A DNA stretch of 64,000 nucleotides from Methanothermobacter thermautotrophicus (GTDB taxonomy: Archaea > Methanobacteriota > Methanobacteria > Methanobacteriales > Methanothermobacteraceae), in assembly GCF_014889545.1 (NCBI RefSeq), contig NZ_QKOF01000007.1, positions 55,625-119,624 of the forward strand, in the 5' to 3' direction. Position numbers and translations under genes: made by a program. The notes under the pieces were generated by a model. That model made no database searches. It saw only the letters and a list, made by a program, of their open reading frames with translations, and was not told the DNA's origin. Below are positions 1 to 11,005 of the stretch, piece by piece (within the stretch, counting starts at the first letter, position 1; the number at the start of each line of letters is the position of its first letter).

Positions 1-161
1 ATGAAACAAGGACATCCACTCCATAGGGACCAGAAGAGAAATAGTAGTCCCTGAATTTATCTGCAAGGGCATCAACAGCCCTCTCCCTAATTTCCTCGGG
101 GACCATCAGCTTAAGTCTGATGTTCCATCCTTCAGGGGATTTTCTGAGTTCATCAACAGCT
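1..161 (-). CDS. Hypothetical protein, partial; the ORF continues beyond the window start
   Basis: The reverse-complement ORF starts at the ATG whose complement is at 159-161 (MVLVAVDELRKSPEGWNIRLKLMVPEEIRERAVDALADKF...) and is open to position 1. No recognisable family. Confidence 0.3.
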
Positions 162-228
162 ACAAGAACCATCTTCCACCTTTGCCGGCATGATTCAGTT
201 CAGTTACGGGACATGAACATCTATGCTG

Positions 229-519
229 TCAGTCCTCAAGGACACCGGAAAGGAAGACCATCATCTCGATCTCCTCCCTTGCAATGAAGTCCTCCATTCT
301 AAGCTTTGACTCCTCGGATCCAAAGGGGAAGTACTCCCTTTCATAGAACACCGTTATGATGAGGTCCCCATCATCCCTTTCAGTGTCCTCCTCAAGCCTC
401 TCAATCAGCTTCTCGGTGAGTTCCTCATCAAGGCCGGATACCCTGTAACGTACATAGTTCAGGCCCTTATCTTCACTGAAGCCAAAATCTTCAACCTTAA
501 CCTTCAAATAAAACACCAC
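229..519 (-). CDS. Small acidic hypothetical protein (96 aa)
   Basis: Intact ORF in the provided track with coding-like composition. No motif recognised. Confidence 0.4.
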   Translation of the reverse strand: MVFYLKVKVEDFGFSEDKGLNYVRYRVSGLDEELTEKLIERLEEDTERDDGDLIITVFYEREYFPFGSEESKLRMEDFIAREEIEMMVFLSGVLED

Positions 520-599
520 CCATCATTTATATGGAGCTATCAATGGTATCAATGAGCTCCCCAAATAAACCTGAACTGATTTCTGACCATATCATCACC

Positions 600-1547
600 T
601 CAATCACCGCCGATAAAGGACGCTACAAGCTCATTGTATTTTCCTATCTCATTCACCCCAAGGTGTCCGCACTCTGAATCAAAGAGAACAAGCTCTGCTC
701 CAGGTATTAGCTGAGCCATTGGGATTACGTCAAGTTCAGGTGGGAAGTAACGATCCTGGTTCACCCCGAATATGAGGGTGCGTGCCCTGATCCTCTCAAG
801 TTTTCCGCTGAGGTCATGTTTCATGGCGGCCCTGTTTCTCCAGATAACATCATAGGGGTCCATGAGGGACCCCTCAGAACCCATATCCATCATTGATGAC
901 TCCAGTTCAGCGTTATCAAGGCCATGATAGTATTCCCTTGAGAGTCCGTGTAGGTACATTAGCATCGATGCCAGGGAAAGGGCCCTCTCCGGCCTTCTGC
1001 TGGCCCTCAGTTCAGGGTCCTCCTCGATGAGGTGGTTCATGTAGCTGAAGAGTGCATAGTTTATACCCCGCACCCGCCATGATGTTACAAGGGGCATGAG
1101 GAACTCCATTTCATCAGGATACTCCACCGCCCACTGGAGGGCCTGAAAGCCGCCCATGGATGTGCCTATAACACCCTTAACCCTCCTTATCCCGAATCTT
1201 TCATTCAGGAACTGCCTCTGGAAGTTGACCATGTCAAGGATGGTGTACTCCGGGAAATCCTTCCCCATGGATGTTGTGGATGGTGATGCTGAGCCGGGTG
1301 ATCCGAGTGAGCTTATGGAGATTATGGGGAAGTCCTCAAGGGCCCCTCCGGGTCCTGTGAGGGCGGCTATCCTCCTAACCGATGAACAGTCCCCGCTCCA
1401 GCCATGTATGTATATGACAGCATTATCCATATCCTCACTGGATGGTTTAACTGTTGTTCTGTACTCAACTGGGGCATCCCTGATTTTTTCTCCTGAATCA
1501 AACTGGAATTCTCTGATTTTGAAGTATGATGGTTGGACCTCATCCAT
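600..1547 (-). CDS. Alpha/beta-hydrolase, homoserine O-acetyltransferase (MetX)-like
   Basis: GTSMGG nucleophile-elbow motif. The N-terminal pattern (FQFDSGEKIRDAPVEYRTTV...NAVIYIHGWSG) resembles the MetX N-terminus. Start moved to the internal Met (MDEVQP) to avoid a 40-nt overlap with the ferredoxin gene. Confidence 0.55.
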   Translation of the reverse strand: MDEVQPSYFKIREFQFDSGEKIRDAPVEYRTTVKPSSEDMDNAVIYIHGWSGDCSSVRRIAALTGPGGALEDFPIISISSLGSPGSASPSTTSMGKDFPEYTILDMVNFQRQFLNERFGIRRVKGVIGTSMGGFQALQWAVEYPDEMEFLMPLVTSWRVRGINYALFSYMNHLIEEDPELRASRRPERALSLASMLMYLHGLSREYYHGLDNAELESSMMDMGSEGSLMDPYDVIWRNRAAMKHDLSGKLERIRARTLIFGVNQDRYFPPELDVIPMAQLIPGAELVLFDSECGHLGVNEIGKYNELVASFIGGD

Positions 1548-1573
1548 GAATACGTCCTCCCCTGACACTGATG

Positions 1574-1804
1574 TTAGATGACCTCCTCCCCATCCCTGTA
1601 AAGCTTTATGCACATTACCGGGCAGTTACCTGCAGCCTTTTCACTGCAGGATGGATCCTCAAGTTCAAGTGCCTGGATATCAGAAACTTCAACCCCTTTA
1701 ATGGATGACATTCCATCATCCGCGAATTCAAATAGATCTGGGCAGCTGTCGATGCAGTTTCCGCATGATATGCACATTGTCCTATCCAGTTCAAGTCTGT
1801 ACAT
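1574..1804 (-). CDS. Small single-cluster 4Fe-4S ferredoxin
   Basis: CISCGNCIDSCP plus a distal CPVMC. The 76-aa size is typical of archaeal monocluster ferredoxins. Confidence 0.75.
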   Translation of the reverse strand: MYRLELDRTMCISCGNCIDSCPDLFEFADDGMSSIKGVEVSDIQALELEDPSCSEKAAGNCPVMCIKLYRDGEEVI

Positions 1805-1859
1805 GATGTCACCCTAAACCTGACTCACATATTAAATATGGGTGTGTTGCTAAAAATAG

Positions 1860-2231
1860 TTGATGATGGATCATAGGGATGATTACATGAGAATTATGGA
1901 TGCACTGGAACTTCAGGACAAGCTCATAATAATCTACAAGGGTATGCAGCAGAGGAGATCCTTCGAAAAATTTTTCGGGAAGGATAAATCCCTGGATAAC
2001 GACTTCCTTGACAGGCTCATTGAAATGGATGCCGATGATCTCATCAGGGACGCCATAGTCGAGCTTGAAGATTTAATCAGAAGGGACAGCTACAGCCTTG
2101 AGGAGTGCAGTGACCCCTTTGACTCCATCGTGAACCGTGAAGCACTGGAGTATAAATGTATGAGGTATGGAATCCGTGGCCCTGAGGGCATAAAACTTGA
2201 GGACATTGAATGTGTCCTGTCAAGGGTATGA
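1860..2231 (+). CDS. Hypothetical acidic protein (123 aa)
   Basis: ORF only; no recognisable motif. Confidence 0.4.
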   Translation: MMMDHRDDYMRIMDALELQDKLIIIYKGMQQRRSFEKFFGKDKSLDNDFLDRLIEMDADDLIRDAIVELEDLIRRDSYSLEECSDPFDSIVNREALEYKCMRYGIRGPEGIKLEDIECVLSRV

Positions 2232-2259
2232 ACCCCGGCACTGCCCACCACCTGTGGAT

Positions 2260-3663
2260 TCATGAGAACATGCTGAGGAGGGCCTCCTTCAGTCCCCTTA
2301 TAACATCCCCTGCAGATTGAAGAAGTGGACTCTTAATGTTCCTGTAATCCCTGAGGTTTTCGAGACGATTTATCCTGAAATATATGGGTGGATGGGGATC
2401 CCATGCTGTCCAGCCAGTTATCCTCTGTGAACCCCTTTTCTCCAGGGCAAGTTTCTGGTAACCTATCTTCCTGAGGGCCCTGGCCAGTACTTCAGGTTTA
2501 CCTAGGGTCATTGCAGATAGCAGGTCAGCCCGGGCCTCAAAGAACTTCGCCACGAAGAATATTATGCCCATTGCAACGATTATGTAAAGGATGGGTGAAA
2601 TGATAACCACTGGTAGGAGTACCGTCAGTCTCAGTATGAACTCGGCAGAGACTATGCTGAAGAGTATGATGGGGTCCCGTCCAACAAGGTGGCCCATCTC
2701 ATGTCCTATGACTGCAAGGATCTCATCATCATCGAGCTGAACAAGCAGGCCCGTGGTTACAAGTACCAGGCCCCTTCCCGGACTTGGACCCGTGGCTGCA
2801 GCGTTTGCTATCATGGTATTTGCAAGCACAACCTCTGGTACAGGTATCCCGAATGCTAATGCAGCTCTTTCTACTATTCTGTAGAGGTTCACAGTCCTTG
2901 ACCTCTCATAAAGGGGGTTGCATCTGAATCCATGCCTTTCCAGGACTCTCCTGGCGTCATCACATGTTGGGGGCCTTTTATTTGCAAGTGAAACGTCATA
3001 TATCTCCCTTTTTATCCTGACAATCGCATCTTCACCCATTGTTTTTATAAAGAACCTGAATTCGTCCTCTGGGAGCTGGAACTGGACTATGTGTACGTTT
3101 GGATTATCCTCTGTGATGACCCACTCCCCCATCCGTGCATATATCCTGTCAGATAGCATGATTATTCCAAGCTGCATGAGGAGGATTGCGATAACAGCAT
3201 AGAAGCCGAGGATTATGAAGAGGATTATGTTCACCCCGAAGAACAGGACATAGACCAGGAGCATGCTGCTTCCGAATATACCCCTGGATGCCATTCCCCT
3301 CCTTGTGGGTGGTTTTTCAGGGATTATTTCCTCCCCCTCAACCCATGCAAAGTATACTGTGTGCTGCCTGAGGGCATCCTCAAAGACCTGGATGGATGTG
3401 AATATATCCTCATATATGGAGTGGGCCCATTCCTCAAGATTCTGAGGGTACTCCAGGACCAGTTTAAAGTCCTCACCCCCGATAATCTCCCCGTAGATCA
3501 CCCCATCATTCCTTAAAGCCCGGAATGATATCTTAAGGCCCTCTTTCCGGATGTCAGTGAATTCTCCGGGGATTAGGTAGTAACGGTGAATGAAATCAAG
3601 TAGCTCCCCGTAATATGCAGGCGATATCTCAGTTCCTATGAAAAATTCCTTTATCATGGACAC
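2260..3663 (-). CDS. Membrane-bound M48-family zinc metalloprotease (HtpX/Ste24-like)
   Basis: HEMGHLVGRD (HExxH) zinc-binding motif embedded between hydrophobic transmembrane segments. Length is 467 aa. Confidence 0.7.
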   Translation of the reverse strand: MSMIKEFFIGTEISPAYYGELLDFIHRYYLIPGEFTDIRKEGLKISFRALRNDGVIYGEIIGGEDFKLVLEYPQNLEEWAHSIYEDIFTSIQVFEDALRQHTVYFAWVEGEEIIPEKPPTRRGMASRGIFGSSMLLVYVLFFGVNIILFIILGFYAVIAILLMQLGIIMLSDRIYARMGEWVITEDNPNVHIVQFQLPEDEFRFFIKTMGEDAIVRIKREIYDVSLANKRPPTCDDARRVLERHGFRCNPLYERSRTVNLYRIVERAALAFGIPVPEVVLANTMIANAAATGPSPGRGLVLVTTGLLVQLDDDEILAVIGHEMGHLVGRDPIILFSIVSAEFILRLTVLLPVVIISPILYIIVAMGIIFFVAKFFEARADLLSAMTLGKPEVLARALRKIGYQKLALEKRGSQRITGWTAWDPHPPIYFRINRLENLRDYRNIKSPLLQSAGDVIRGLKEALLSMFS

Positions 3664-3922
3664 CCAACTTTCTCCAGCTCATAAAATATCCACTGCTAGA
3701 CACAAAACTCTCATAGAGTATAAGTTATATCAATGTCGATATTAATATTTACACTGAGCGGTAGAGTTAGTTGCCAGGTTAGTGGAGTTAAATCACAGTG
3801 AAGGTAAAATTTATGGACTATATGGGCCGTTAAAAAGGACTGCCCCCGTCTGGACTGACATCACACTTGAGGAATCCCGTGCCGTTAGCTGACTGAACTT
3901 CCAGCGTCAATAAATTCTGAAT

Positions 3923-4684
3923 GTGAATTGCATGAAGTGCAAGGTATCTGAAAATCCGTCGATAAAGGAGGCCTACCGTTTAATAGAGGATGGTATAAGG
4001 AAAAGAGCCCTTGTGGTTATACTTGCCTGCTGCAGCGCATCCTATGAGGGTCGTGCGAGAAGCAGGCTTGATGCCGGTGAGAGGCTGATCGTCATAAAAC
4101 CCGATGGGACCTTCATGGTGCACCAGGACCGTAAGGTGGACCCTGTTAACTGGCAGCCACCGAAATCAAGGTCAAGGGTCTACATCAAGAGGGGCCGCCT
4201 GTACCTTGAGAGCATCAGGAGGGACCCCGAGGAGCGCCTTGAGGTCGAGATCCATGAGGCCCACCTTGTATCCTATTACCTTGCAAGGGACATCCATGAT
4301 CTCGTGGTTGCAGGTCATGAAAACGATATGGGTAACATGATCATCATGAACCCCCACCTCATCGAGAAGGGCTTCAGGCCCGTTGCAAGGGAGTATGCCG
4401 TCGGTTCAGGCTTCATTGACATCCTTGGAAAGGACGAGAATGGTTCCCTCATGATAATTGAACTTAAAAGCAGAAAAGCTGGTGTGAGTGCAGTTAAACA
4501 GCTAAAAAGGTACGTGGATGAGTTCATGGATGACAGGGTCGGTGTACGTGGTGTTCTGGTGGCCCCCTCAATAACACATGACGCCCGGGAGATGCTTGAG
4601 GAGGAGGGCCTTGAGTTCAGGGAGATCGAACCTCCAAGGGAGCTGAGATCAAACAGGGGCGTTACACTGGACAATTTCATTTAG
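3923..4684 (+). CDS. nucS: Endonuclease NucS (EndoMS), RecB-like mismatch/branched-DNA nuclease
   Basis: C-terminal PD-(D/E)xK signature [26 protein letters not shown]. Size of about 250 aa, N-terminal beta-barrel region and C-terminal [10 protein letters not shown] are typical of archaeal NucS. Confidence 0.85.
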   Translation: MNCMKCKVSENPSIKEAYRLIEDGIRKRALVVILACCSASYEGRARSRLDAGERLIVIKPDGTFMVHQDRKVDPVNWQPPKSRSRVYIKRGRLYLESIRRDPEERLEVEIHEAHLVSYYLARDIHDLVVAGHENDMGNMIIMNPHLIEKGFRPVAREYAVGSGFIDILGKDENGSLMIIELKSRKAGVSAVKQLKRYVDEFMDDRVGVRGVLVAPSITHDAREMLEEEGLEFREIEPPRELRSNRGVTLDNFI

Positions 4685-5799
4685 AGACCCTCTATAACCT
4701 CTGCAAGCTGTCTGAGTGTCCTGACCTCCATCACGCTTGCCCCGGCATCCCTGTAAAGTGAAACACAGCTATCCACGACGTCCCACTTCTTTTCAGGTTC
4801 CGGGTTAAGTATCATGACCTTCCGGGCCCTCTCTGACATCTCAGCTACCAGTTCAACACTCTCAGGGATACCATCCCGCCTTGGACCTGCCCAGTCCCTG
4901 CAGTCTGAGAGGATAACTATGTAGGATTTCCCCGTGAAGTTTACACCTTCAATAAAGTCCCTGAACGCTGTGTACATGTTTGAAGTTCCGTGGATCATTA
5001 AATTACGTATCCTTGACTCCCTGAGATTCCTGAATGCATCGTAGAGATCGTCCTCATCCAGGAGGTGTGTTGTCTCAACTATACGGCTGTCGAAGTCGAA
5101 GAAACGTGAACGGTAGAAGGTGCGCTGTGCAGCGTAGATTATGCAGAAGAACCAGTTGCTTATCCAGTCACATGACCCGCTCACATCACTGAGGAATATG
5201 TGCTGGCTCTTCCTCTCCCTTGGTTCTGACCGTATAAGTTCAAGCACTGTGCCCCCATGTTTAATGTTCTTCCTTATGCTCCGCCTTATATCAGGCCTCA
5301 TTCTCCTGGACTGGCGTAGCCTCCTTGAACGCCTATTTGCGATTTTTATTCCAAGTCTGCGGCATAGTTCAAATATCTCGGGGTCGAATGAATTGATGGT
5401 GGACATGTCCCTGTCCATGACTGCAGCATAATCCATTGAAGGGTCAGTGAATTCCTCGATCTCAGGTTTGAGCTGTGCAATATCCTCAATTCCAATCTCA
5501 ACCTCTGAATTACCTGAAAAATTTTCTGAAACCCTGAAATGATTTAGCCCTTCAGCTTCCCCAGATCCCTCTGATTCATTTTCCACTGGAACTCCGAAGA
5601 CCTCATCATAGGCCTCCCTGAATGCATCCGCGTGTCTCATGTCCTTAACGTAAATAGAGAAAAGGGCATCCCTGAGTTCAGGCCTCCCCTTAAATATTCG
5701 GTAGGCCTCAGATGCGTCCAGGGTGCCCCTTACACTTACCGGGACGCCCCTATCCCTTAATATGTTTGAGAGATGAATGATCCTCTTCATCTTTCCCAT
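4681..5799 (-). CDS. VWA-domain protein, CoxE-like partner of the MoxR ATPase
   Basis: N-terminal [23 protein letters not shown] is CoxE-like. The C-terminal vWA region ([14 protein letters not shown]) is present. The gene lies immediately downstream of the MoxR gene on the same strand. Start placed at the internal Met; the listed ORF start overlaps MoxR by 86 nt. Confidence 0.65.
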   Translation of the reverse strand: MGKMKRIIHLSNILRDRGVPVSVRGTLDASEAYRIFKGRPELRDALFSIYVKDMRHADAFREAYDEVFGVPVENESEGSGEAEGLNHFRVSENFSGNSEVEIGIEDIAQLKPEIEEFTDPSMDYAAVMDRDMSTINSFDPEIFELCRRLGIKIANRRSRRLRQSRRMRPDIRRSIRKNIKHGGTVLELIRSEPRERKSQHIFLSDVSGSCDWISNWFFCIIYAAQRTFYRSRFFDFDSRIVETTHLLDEDDLYDAFRNLRESRIRNLMIHGTSNMYTAFRDFIEGVNFTGKSYIVILSDCRDWAGPRRDGIPESVELVAEMSERARKVMILNPEPEKKWDVVDSCVSLYRDAGASVMEVRTLRQLAEVIEGL

Positions 5800-6646
5800 C
5801 AACCGATTCCACAAGGTCAAGGACCTTTGCTTCATCTGCCCTGTTCTTTATAACAACTCCAAGGGTTTCCTTAAGCGTCTCAGAGTCCAGTCTATCCCTT
5901 CCAAGTGCCATGATGGTTCTGATCCAGTCCACCGTGGCCCTTATGGATGGCTTCTTGATGATGCCCAGTCCCCTTATCCTGTTTATGAGCATTACAGTTT
6001 CCCTGATGAGGTCCTCTGGTGCTGATGGGATGTGGGCCCTCACGATCTCCATCTCACGTTGGGGGTCAGGGTAATCTATGTGGAGGTAGAGGCACCTGTC
6101 CCTTGTCTCATCCAGAAGGTTCCTCTGGGAGTTGGATGTGAGGAAAACCATTATATCATTCCTCAGGTCAAAGGTTCCCAGGTCATTGACTGTTATCTGC
6201 TTCTCGCCGAGGGCCTGGAGGAGGAAGCTCTCGACCTCCTCATCTGCCTTGTCTATCTCATCTATCAGGAGCAGTGATGGTTTCTCATTTATAAATGCAG
6301 ATAGAAGGGGTCTTTTTATGAAGTAATCCTCTCTGAAGACATCCTCATCGGATCCATGGATCCTTGACCTTTCAAGACTCAGAAGCTGTTTCTGGTAGTT
6401 CCATTCTCCGACTATCTGCTCGAAGGTTATACCCTCATAGCACTGTATCCTGAAGAACTCCCTCCCCATGGCCTCTGCAGTTTTCTTAGCGAGAAGTGTT
6501 TTACCGGTCCCTGGCGGGCCTTCCACCAGAACAGGTTTTTTCAGTTCTGATGAGAGAAAAAGGGTTATGATGATATCCCTGCCCGGGATGTATCCCACAT
6601 TTCTGAGTGATTTGTCGATTTTATCCAGCTTTTCTTTTATATTCAT
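5750..6646 (-). CDS. MoxR-family AAA+ ATPase
   Basis: Walker [16 protein letters not shown] and Walker [11 protein letters not shown]. The 298-aa size and overall pattern are typical of MoxR/RavA. Confidence 0.8.
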   Translation of the reverse strand: MNIKEKLDKIDKSLRNVGYIPGRDIIITLFLSSELKKPVLVEGPPGTGKTLLAKKTAEAMGREFFRIQCYEGITFEQIVGEWNYQKQLLSLERSRIHGSDEDVFREDYFIKRPLLSAFINEKPSLLLIDEIDKADEEVESFLLQALGEKQITVNDLGTFDLRNDIMVFLTSNSQRNLLDETRDRCLYLHIDYPDPQREMEIVRAHIPSAPEDLIRETVMLINRIRGLGIIKKPSIRATVDWIRTIMALGRDRLDSETLKETLGVVIKNRADEAKVLDLVESVDGKDEEDHSSLKHIKG

Positions 6647-6713
6647 TCAGACCACGGCCACGGAATTGCCAGAATTACTCTGCCATTCTCTCCTAATAAA
6701 ATTTTAGACATGT

Positions 6714-7700
6714 TCATTGGAGTTCTGAGGGTTTCACCCGGATTTTGCATATCTCAGATCCTCTTATGATATGCAGCTCACATTCCCTGCCAATTTTTTC
6801 TTCATTTAGGATCCTGTGAAGGTCATCAACTGTTTCAACGGGTTCTGAGTCCAGTGATACTATTATATCACCCCTCATGACTCCAGCATCTCCTGCAGGG
6901 CCGCCTGAGAGTGATACCACCATAACTCCCCTGTCTGAATCCAGTTTCAGCTTCTCAACCGTGTCTGGCTTGAGCACCATGTTCTGGCAGGCCACTCCCA
7001 GGTGTGCTCTCCTTATTTTACCATCCTCTATGAGTTTATCTGCGACTTCCCTGACTGTATTTGATGGTATTGCAAAGCAAAGACCCTGAGCAGGCCTTAT
7101 AAGGGCAGTGTTTATTCCAAGGACCCTTCCACGAAAATCAACCAGTGGCCCGCCTGAGTTTCCAGGGTTAAGTGCCGCATCTGTCTGTATAACCCCATCA
7201 ACGAGTCTGCCTGTCATGGTCCTCAGGGATCTGCCGGTTGCACTCACCACCCCTGCTGTTACTGTGAACTGGAACCCGAAGGGGTTGCCTATTGCAAGGG
7301 CAAGCTGTCCAACCCTCACCCTGCTGGAGTCTGCAAATTCAGGTGTCCTGAGTTCATCCTGAGGTTCTATTTTCAGAACCGCGATGTCGGTGTGGGGGTC
7401 ATCACCAACAACAGTGGCCCTGTACTCTTCTCCTGTGTTGAGTGTTACGTCAATTCTCTCTGCTCCATGCACAACATGACTGTTTGTGATTATGTGGCCA
7501 TTTTCAGTGTATATGAGGCCTGAACCTCCCCCCAGTGTCCTTTTTTCTGTCCTGGACACCGTTGTTACCCTTACGACTGAAGGGCTCACTCTATCGGCTG
7601 CCCCCGTAACAGCCTCTGAGTAGGCATCCATTAAATCCTGCTCTTCAGCTTCCATTTCGGTTAATTCAGTTCTATTATTTTTATATTCTGACTTAATCAT
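6714..7700 (-). CDS. HtrA/DegP-family trypsin-like serine protease with C-terminal PDZ domain
   Basis: Catalytic GNSGGPLVD motif, a His-containing ITNSHVV segment and a C-terminal PDZ-like region. Confidence 0.8.
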   Translation of the reverse strand: MIKSEYKNNRTELTEMEAEEQDLMDAYSEAVTGAADRVSPSVVRVTTVSRTEKRTLGGGSGLIYTENGHIITNSHVVHGAERIDVTLNTGEEYRATVVGDDPHTDIAVLKIEPQDELRTPEFADSSRVRVGQLALAIGNPFGFQFTVTAGVVSATGRSLRTMTGRLVDGVIQTDAALNPGNSGGPLVDFRGRVLGINTALIRPAQGLCFAIPSNTVREVADKLIEDGKIRRAHLGVACQNMVLKPDTVEKLKLDSDRGVMVVSLSGGPAGDAGVMRGDIIVSLDSEPVETVDDLHRILNEEKIGRECELHIIRGSEICKIRVKPSELQ

Positions 7701-7835
7701 TTCCCTATACTTAAAACAATTTTTTAAGTCCTTTTTAAAACTTTTTGAATGTTTTTCGGGCTTGGCAGTTTTTAGTTAAATTTAGTTATTAAAATTTTTT
7801 GTATATAAACTTTTCCTGGAGGACTGGCTTTAAAT

Positions 7836-8438
7836 ATGGGAGGACAGAAAATATTGTCATCAAACCCCCACAGGTGTATGAAAGTGGATCTTCTATCAAT
7901 GGTGCTCATAGGAGTTGGCCTTGCAATGGATGCCTTCAGCATATCTGTGAGCCGTGGCCTTACACTACATGAATCAGAGACAAACTACGCCCTGCTATCT
8001 GCATTATCCTTCGGGACATTCCAGGCTGTTATGCCTGTCCTTGGATGGGTATCCGGCCTTGAGATCCAGAGGCTCGTATCAGCCCTTGCACCATGGGCAG
8101 CATTCCTTCTGCTCCTCATAATAGGCCTTAAAATGATCTACGAAAGCCTGATCATGGAGGAGGATGAATTCATCTTCAGTTACCGTGAACTCCTTCTACT
8201 CTCAATTGCAACCAGCATCGATGCCTTTGCAGTGGGTGTAAGCTTCGCCCTCCTTGACATATCCATATTGCTCCCTGTAATCGTCATAGGCCTGATCACA
8301 TTCATACTGTCACTTGCCGGTAGCTACCTGGGGGAGAGGATAGGCCACATATTTGAAAACCGCCTTGAGGCCCTTGGTGGTGTGGTTATAATCCTAATAG
8401 GCATCAAGATCCTCCTGGAAAATGTTCCGCTCACCTGA
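7836..8438 (+). CDS. mntP: Manganese efflux pump MntP-family membrane protein
   Basis: Paired MDAFSISVS and IDAFAVGVS half-repeats characteristic of MntP/DUF204. A TTTTTTGTATATAAAC TATA-like box at about 7795-7810 precedes the first ATG by roughly 26 bp, which could make this a leaderless start. An alternative start is 7878. Confidence 0.7.
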   Translation: MGGQKILSSNPHRCMKVDLLSMVLIGVGLAMDAFSISVSRGLTLHESETNYALLSALSFGTFQAVMPVLGWVSGLEIQRLVSALAPWAAFLLLLIIGLKMIYESLIMEEDEFIFSYRELLLLSIATSIDAFAVGVSFALLDISILLPVIVIGLITFILSLAGSYLGERIGHIFENRLEALGGVVIILIGIKILLENVPLT

Positions 8439-8516
8439 ATCACATTGAACTATCCCACATCAGCCTTAAAATACTTCAAAATATTTCATACACCTGAATC
8501 ACATGGAAGTGTCCCC

Positions 8517-9353
8517 ATGAGGCTTGGAATATGTCAGATGATGGTAACTGAGGATAAAGGGGAGAATGTTGATACTGCAGTGAAGATGATTGTGGAGGCC
8601 TCTGAAAGAGGCGCCCAGCTCATTGTTCTCCCTGAAATGTTCACATGCCCCTACGATGTAAACCTCTTTCAGGAGTATGCAGAGGAGGAGGATGGAGATT
8701 CCATAAGAACACTGAGGTCAGCTGCAAGGAAACTGGGGGTCCACCTGGTTGCAGGTTCCATCCCCGAGAAGACAGCAGAGGGTATCTACAACACCTCCTT
8801 TGTGATAGATGATAGGGGAAACATCATCGGGAGACACCGTAAGGTCCACCTCTTCGACATCCGCATGCCCGGGGAGATAACCTTCAGGGAATCAGAAAGC
8901 CTCATAGCCGGCGACTCTGTAACTGTTATAGAAACTCCCCACGGGGTTTTGGGTGTGGGTATATGCTATGATATGCGTTTCCCTGAACTTTCACGGATGA
9001 TGGCACTGAGGGGTGCGGAGATCCTCATATTTCCAGGGGCATTCAACATGACAACCGGTCCGGCCCACTGGAAACTCCTTGTAAGGTCAAGGGCCCTGGA
9101 TAACCAGTGCTACTGTGCTGCTGTATCACCTGCAAGGAATCCATCTGCATCCTATGTTGCCTATGGCCACTCCATGGTCGCTGATCCATGGGGTTCTGTT
9201 GTCTGTGATGCCGGCGCATCCCCCTCTGTGGTCACAGCCGATATTGACATGGAAACCGTTGAGAGAATCCGCAGAGAGCTTCCACTCCTGAGAAACAGGA
9301 GGCCAGATGTTTACAGGTGGAGATTTGGTGCCTTGAATGATAATTGTCCATAA
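8517..9353 (+). CDS. Carbon-nitrogen hydrolase (nitrilase/omega-amidase family)
   Basis: MRLGICQMMV N-terminus. Catalytic E (LPEMF), K (RHRKVHLFD) and C (GVGICYD) of the CN-hydrolase triad are all present. Confidence 0.75.
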   Translation: MRLGICQMMVTEDKGENVDTAVKMIVEASERGAQLIVLPEMFTCPYDVNLFQEYAEEEDGDSIRTLRSAARKLGVHLVAGSIPEKTAEGIYNTSFVIDDRGNIIGRHRKVHLFDIRMPGEITFRESESLIAGDSVTVIETPHGVLGVGICYDMRFPELSRMMALRGAEILIFPGAFNMTTGPAHWKLLVRSRALDNQCYCAAVSPARNPSASYVAYGHSMVADPWGSVVCDAGASPSVVTADIDMETVERIRRELPLLRNRRPDVYRWRFGALNDNCP

Positions 9354-10102
9354 AGGTGTTGAGTATGTCTGATAGGGCTGGAAGAACCTCAATTGTGATA
9401 CTTCTCACTGGTATCCTGCTGGCTGTGAGCTCATACTTTGTTAGCGGGGTGAGGATAGAGGGTTACTGGATCCTGTCAGTTATATTCATAATTTCAATGG
9501 CGGTTCCATCATTCATATCAACCATGGGGAGCCTTAAGTCCCGTGGCTTTTTACTGATACTTCTCCTTGGCATCTATGCAATTTCGATTGAAACCCTTGC
9601 CATAATAACCGGTTTTCCCTACTCTGAATTCCACTATGGGGACATGATCGGCCTGAAGATACTGGGCTACACACCCTTCACGGTCCCCTTCGCATGGCTG
9701 CCCCTCTTCCTTGGATCAGCCTACCTTGCAAAGGAGTCTGTTGAGGGCAGAGCTAAGTTTATGGTCCTTGCAACCCTGATTGCTGTATTAACCGACGTTG
9801 TTATTGACCCGGCTGCAGTTAACCTCAGGTTTTGGGTCTGGGAGAATCCAGGGATCTTCTATGGGGTTCCACTACAGAACTTCGCGGGCTGGATTCTATC
9901 TGGCCTTGGGGCTGCAATGATCTCACTGCTGGTGGCCGGTGACTCCCTGCAGGAGATGGGTAATGGTACTGTATCAAGCCTTTACCTGATAATGTGTTTC
10001 TGGACAGGTGTCTGCCTCTTCCGGGGGCTTGAAATGCCCTTCATTGTGGGTCTAACACTGATTGCACTCATATTAAGAACATCCAAGTTTAAATTATGGT
10101 GA
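9344..10102 (+). CDS. Polytopic membrane protein, putative carotenoid-biosynthesis-associated (DUF422/CruF-like) protein
   Basis: About seven hydrophobic helices over roughly 250 aa. Sits convergent with the UbiA/CrtB-like/CrtI-like genes. Family assignment comes from size, topology and context, not from a sequence motif. Confidence 0.4.
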   Translation: MSIKVLSMSDRAGRTSIVILLTGILLAVSSYFVSGVRIEGYWILSVIFIISMAVPSFISTMGSLKSRGFLLILLLGIYAISIETLAIITGFPYSEFHYGDMIGLKILGYTPFTVPFAWLPLFLGSAYLAKESVEGRAKFMVLATLIAVLTDVVIDPAAVNLRFWVWENPGIFYGVPLQNFAGWILSGLGAAMISLLVAGDSLQEMGNGTVSSLYLIMCFWTGVCLFRGLEMPFIVGLTLIALILRTSKFKLW

Positions 10103-10119
10103 AGTATCCCGCTGATGGG

Positions 10120-10986
10120 CTATATCCAGTGAAACACCCTGTGGTTTACAAGTGCAATGAACAGGAGCCCTCCAAGGGCGGTGTTAACATGGGGCAGATA
10201 CCAGTATATCTCCTCTATTCTTATTTTCCTTATCAGAAGCACTGAAAGGGGGAATGCCGGGTATATGAACACCAGGAAGCTCAGCGGATGGAACCCTGTG
10301 AGGTAAACTGTTATAATGGACAGGAGCAACCAGAAGAATGCTGAAAGTGCAAGGGCCGGCCTTCTGCCAATGAAAACCGGTGTGGTGTTTATACCTGCCA
10401 TGCTGTCATAGTCGGTGTCTGGTACAGCCGAGAAGATGTGCATTGCTGCAATATGGCAGTACCCGGCAAAGAGGATCATGGGATCCGGTAGGGAACCTGA
10501 TGCAAGGTTATATCCAAAGAGACCCGGCATTATATAGAGGTAGTTGGATGAGAAATCCAGGAAGGGCTTCTCCTTGAAGCGAAGTGGAGGCGCACTGTAG
10601 AAGTATGATAAAAAAAGAAAGCCGAGAAATATCAGGGTCTCTGTCAATGTCTGTGAGAGCATCAGGAGAAAGCTAATGGCGGTTACCAGTATTATGGATC
10701 CCTTCAATCTTTTCCTCTCATCATGAACCAGCATGTGTTCTCTGGAGCCCTTCTTGGGGTTCAGAATATCAGTATCCTCATCCCACCAGTCATTAACCCC
10801 GTATATGAAGATATTGGCCGGGAAGAAGAAGTATAGGAGGTAGATGTAGTAGGCAGGGGACATGAAATCTGAGAATCCTGAGGCACCCAGGGTGTATCCT
10901 ATAACATAGGTTCCTCCTGTGTAGATCCAGAACCTGGGTCTGGATATTCTGAAGAGAAACCCCACATATCCCAGAATAGCCTTCAT
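10120..10986 (-). CDS. UbiA-family prenyltransferase (lycopene-elongase LyeJ-like by context)
   Basis: First Asp-rich motif NDWWDEDTD and multiple transmembrane segments. Immediately downstream of the phytoene-synthase-like gene. Confidence 0.6.
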   Translation of the reverse strand: MKAILGYVGFLFRISRPRFWIYTGGTYVIGYTLGASGFSDFMSPAYYIYLLYFFFPANIFIYGVNDWWDEDTDILNPKKGSREHMLVHDERKRLKGSIILVTAISFLLMLSQTLTETLIFLGFLFLSYFYSAPPLRFKEKPFLDFSSNYLYIMPGLFGYNLASGSLPDPMILFAGYCHIAAMHIFSAVPDTDYDSMAGINTTPVFIGRRPALALSAFFWLLLSIITVYLTGFHPLSFLVFIYPAFPLSVLLIRKIRIEEIYWYLPHVNTALGGLLFIALVNHRVFHWI

Positions 10987-11005
10987 CTGAACACTGCCCC
11001 GACGA

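Noticed and set aside
1156-1581. 141-aa plus-strand ORF
   Set aside because: It lies entirely antisense to the MetX-like hydrolase gene, has no motif, and has Ser/Pro-rich composition typical of an antisense reading frame.
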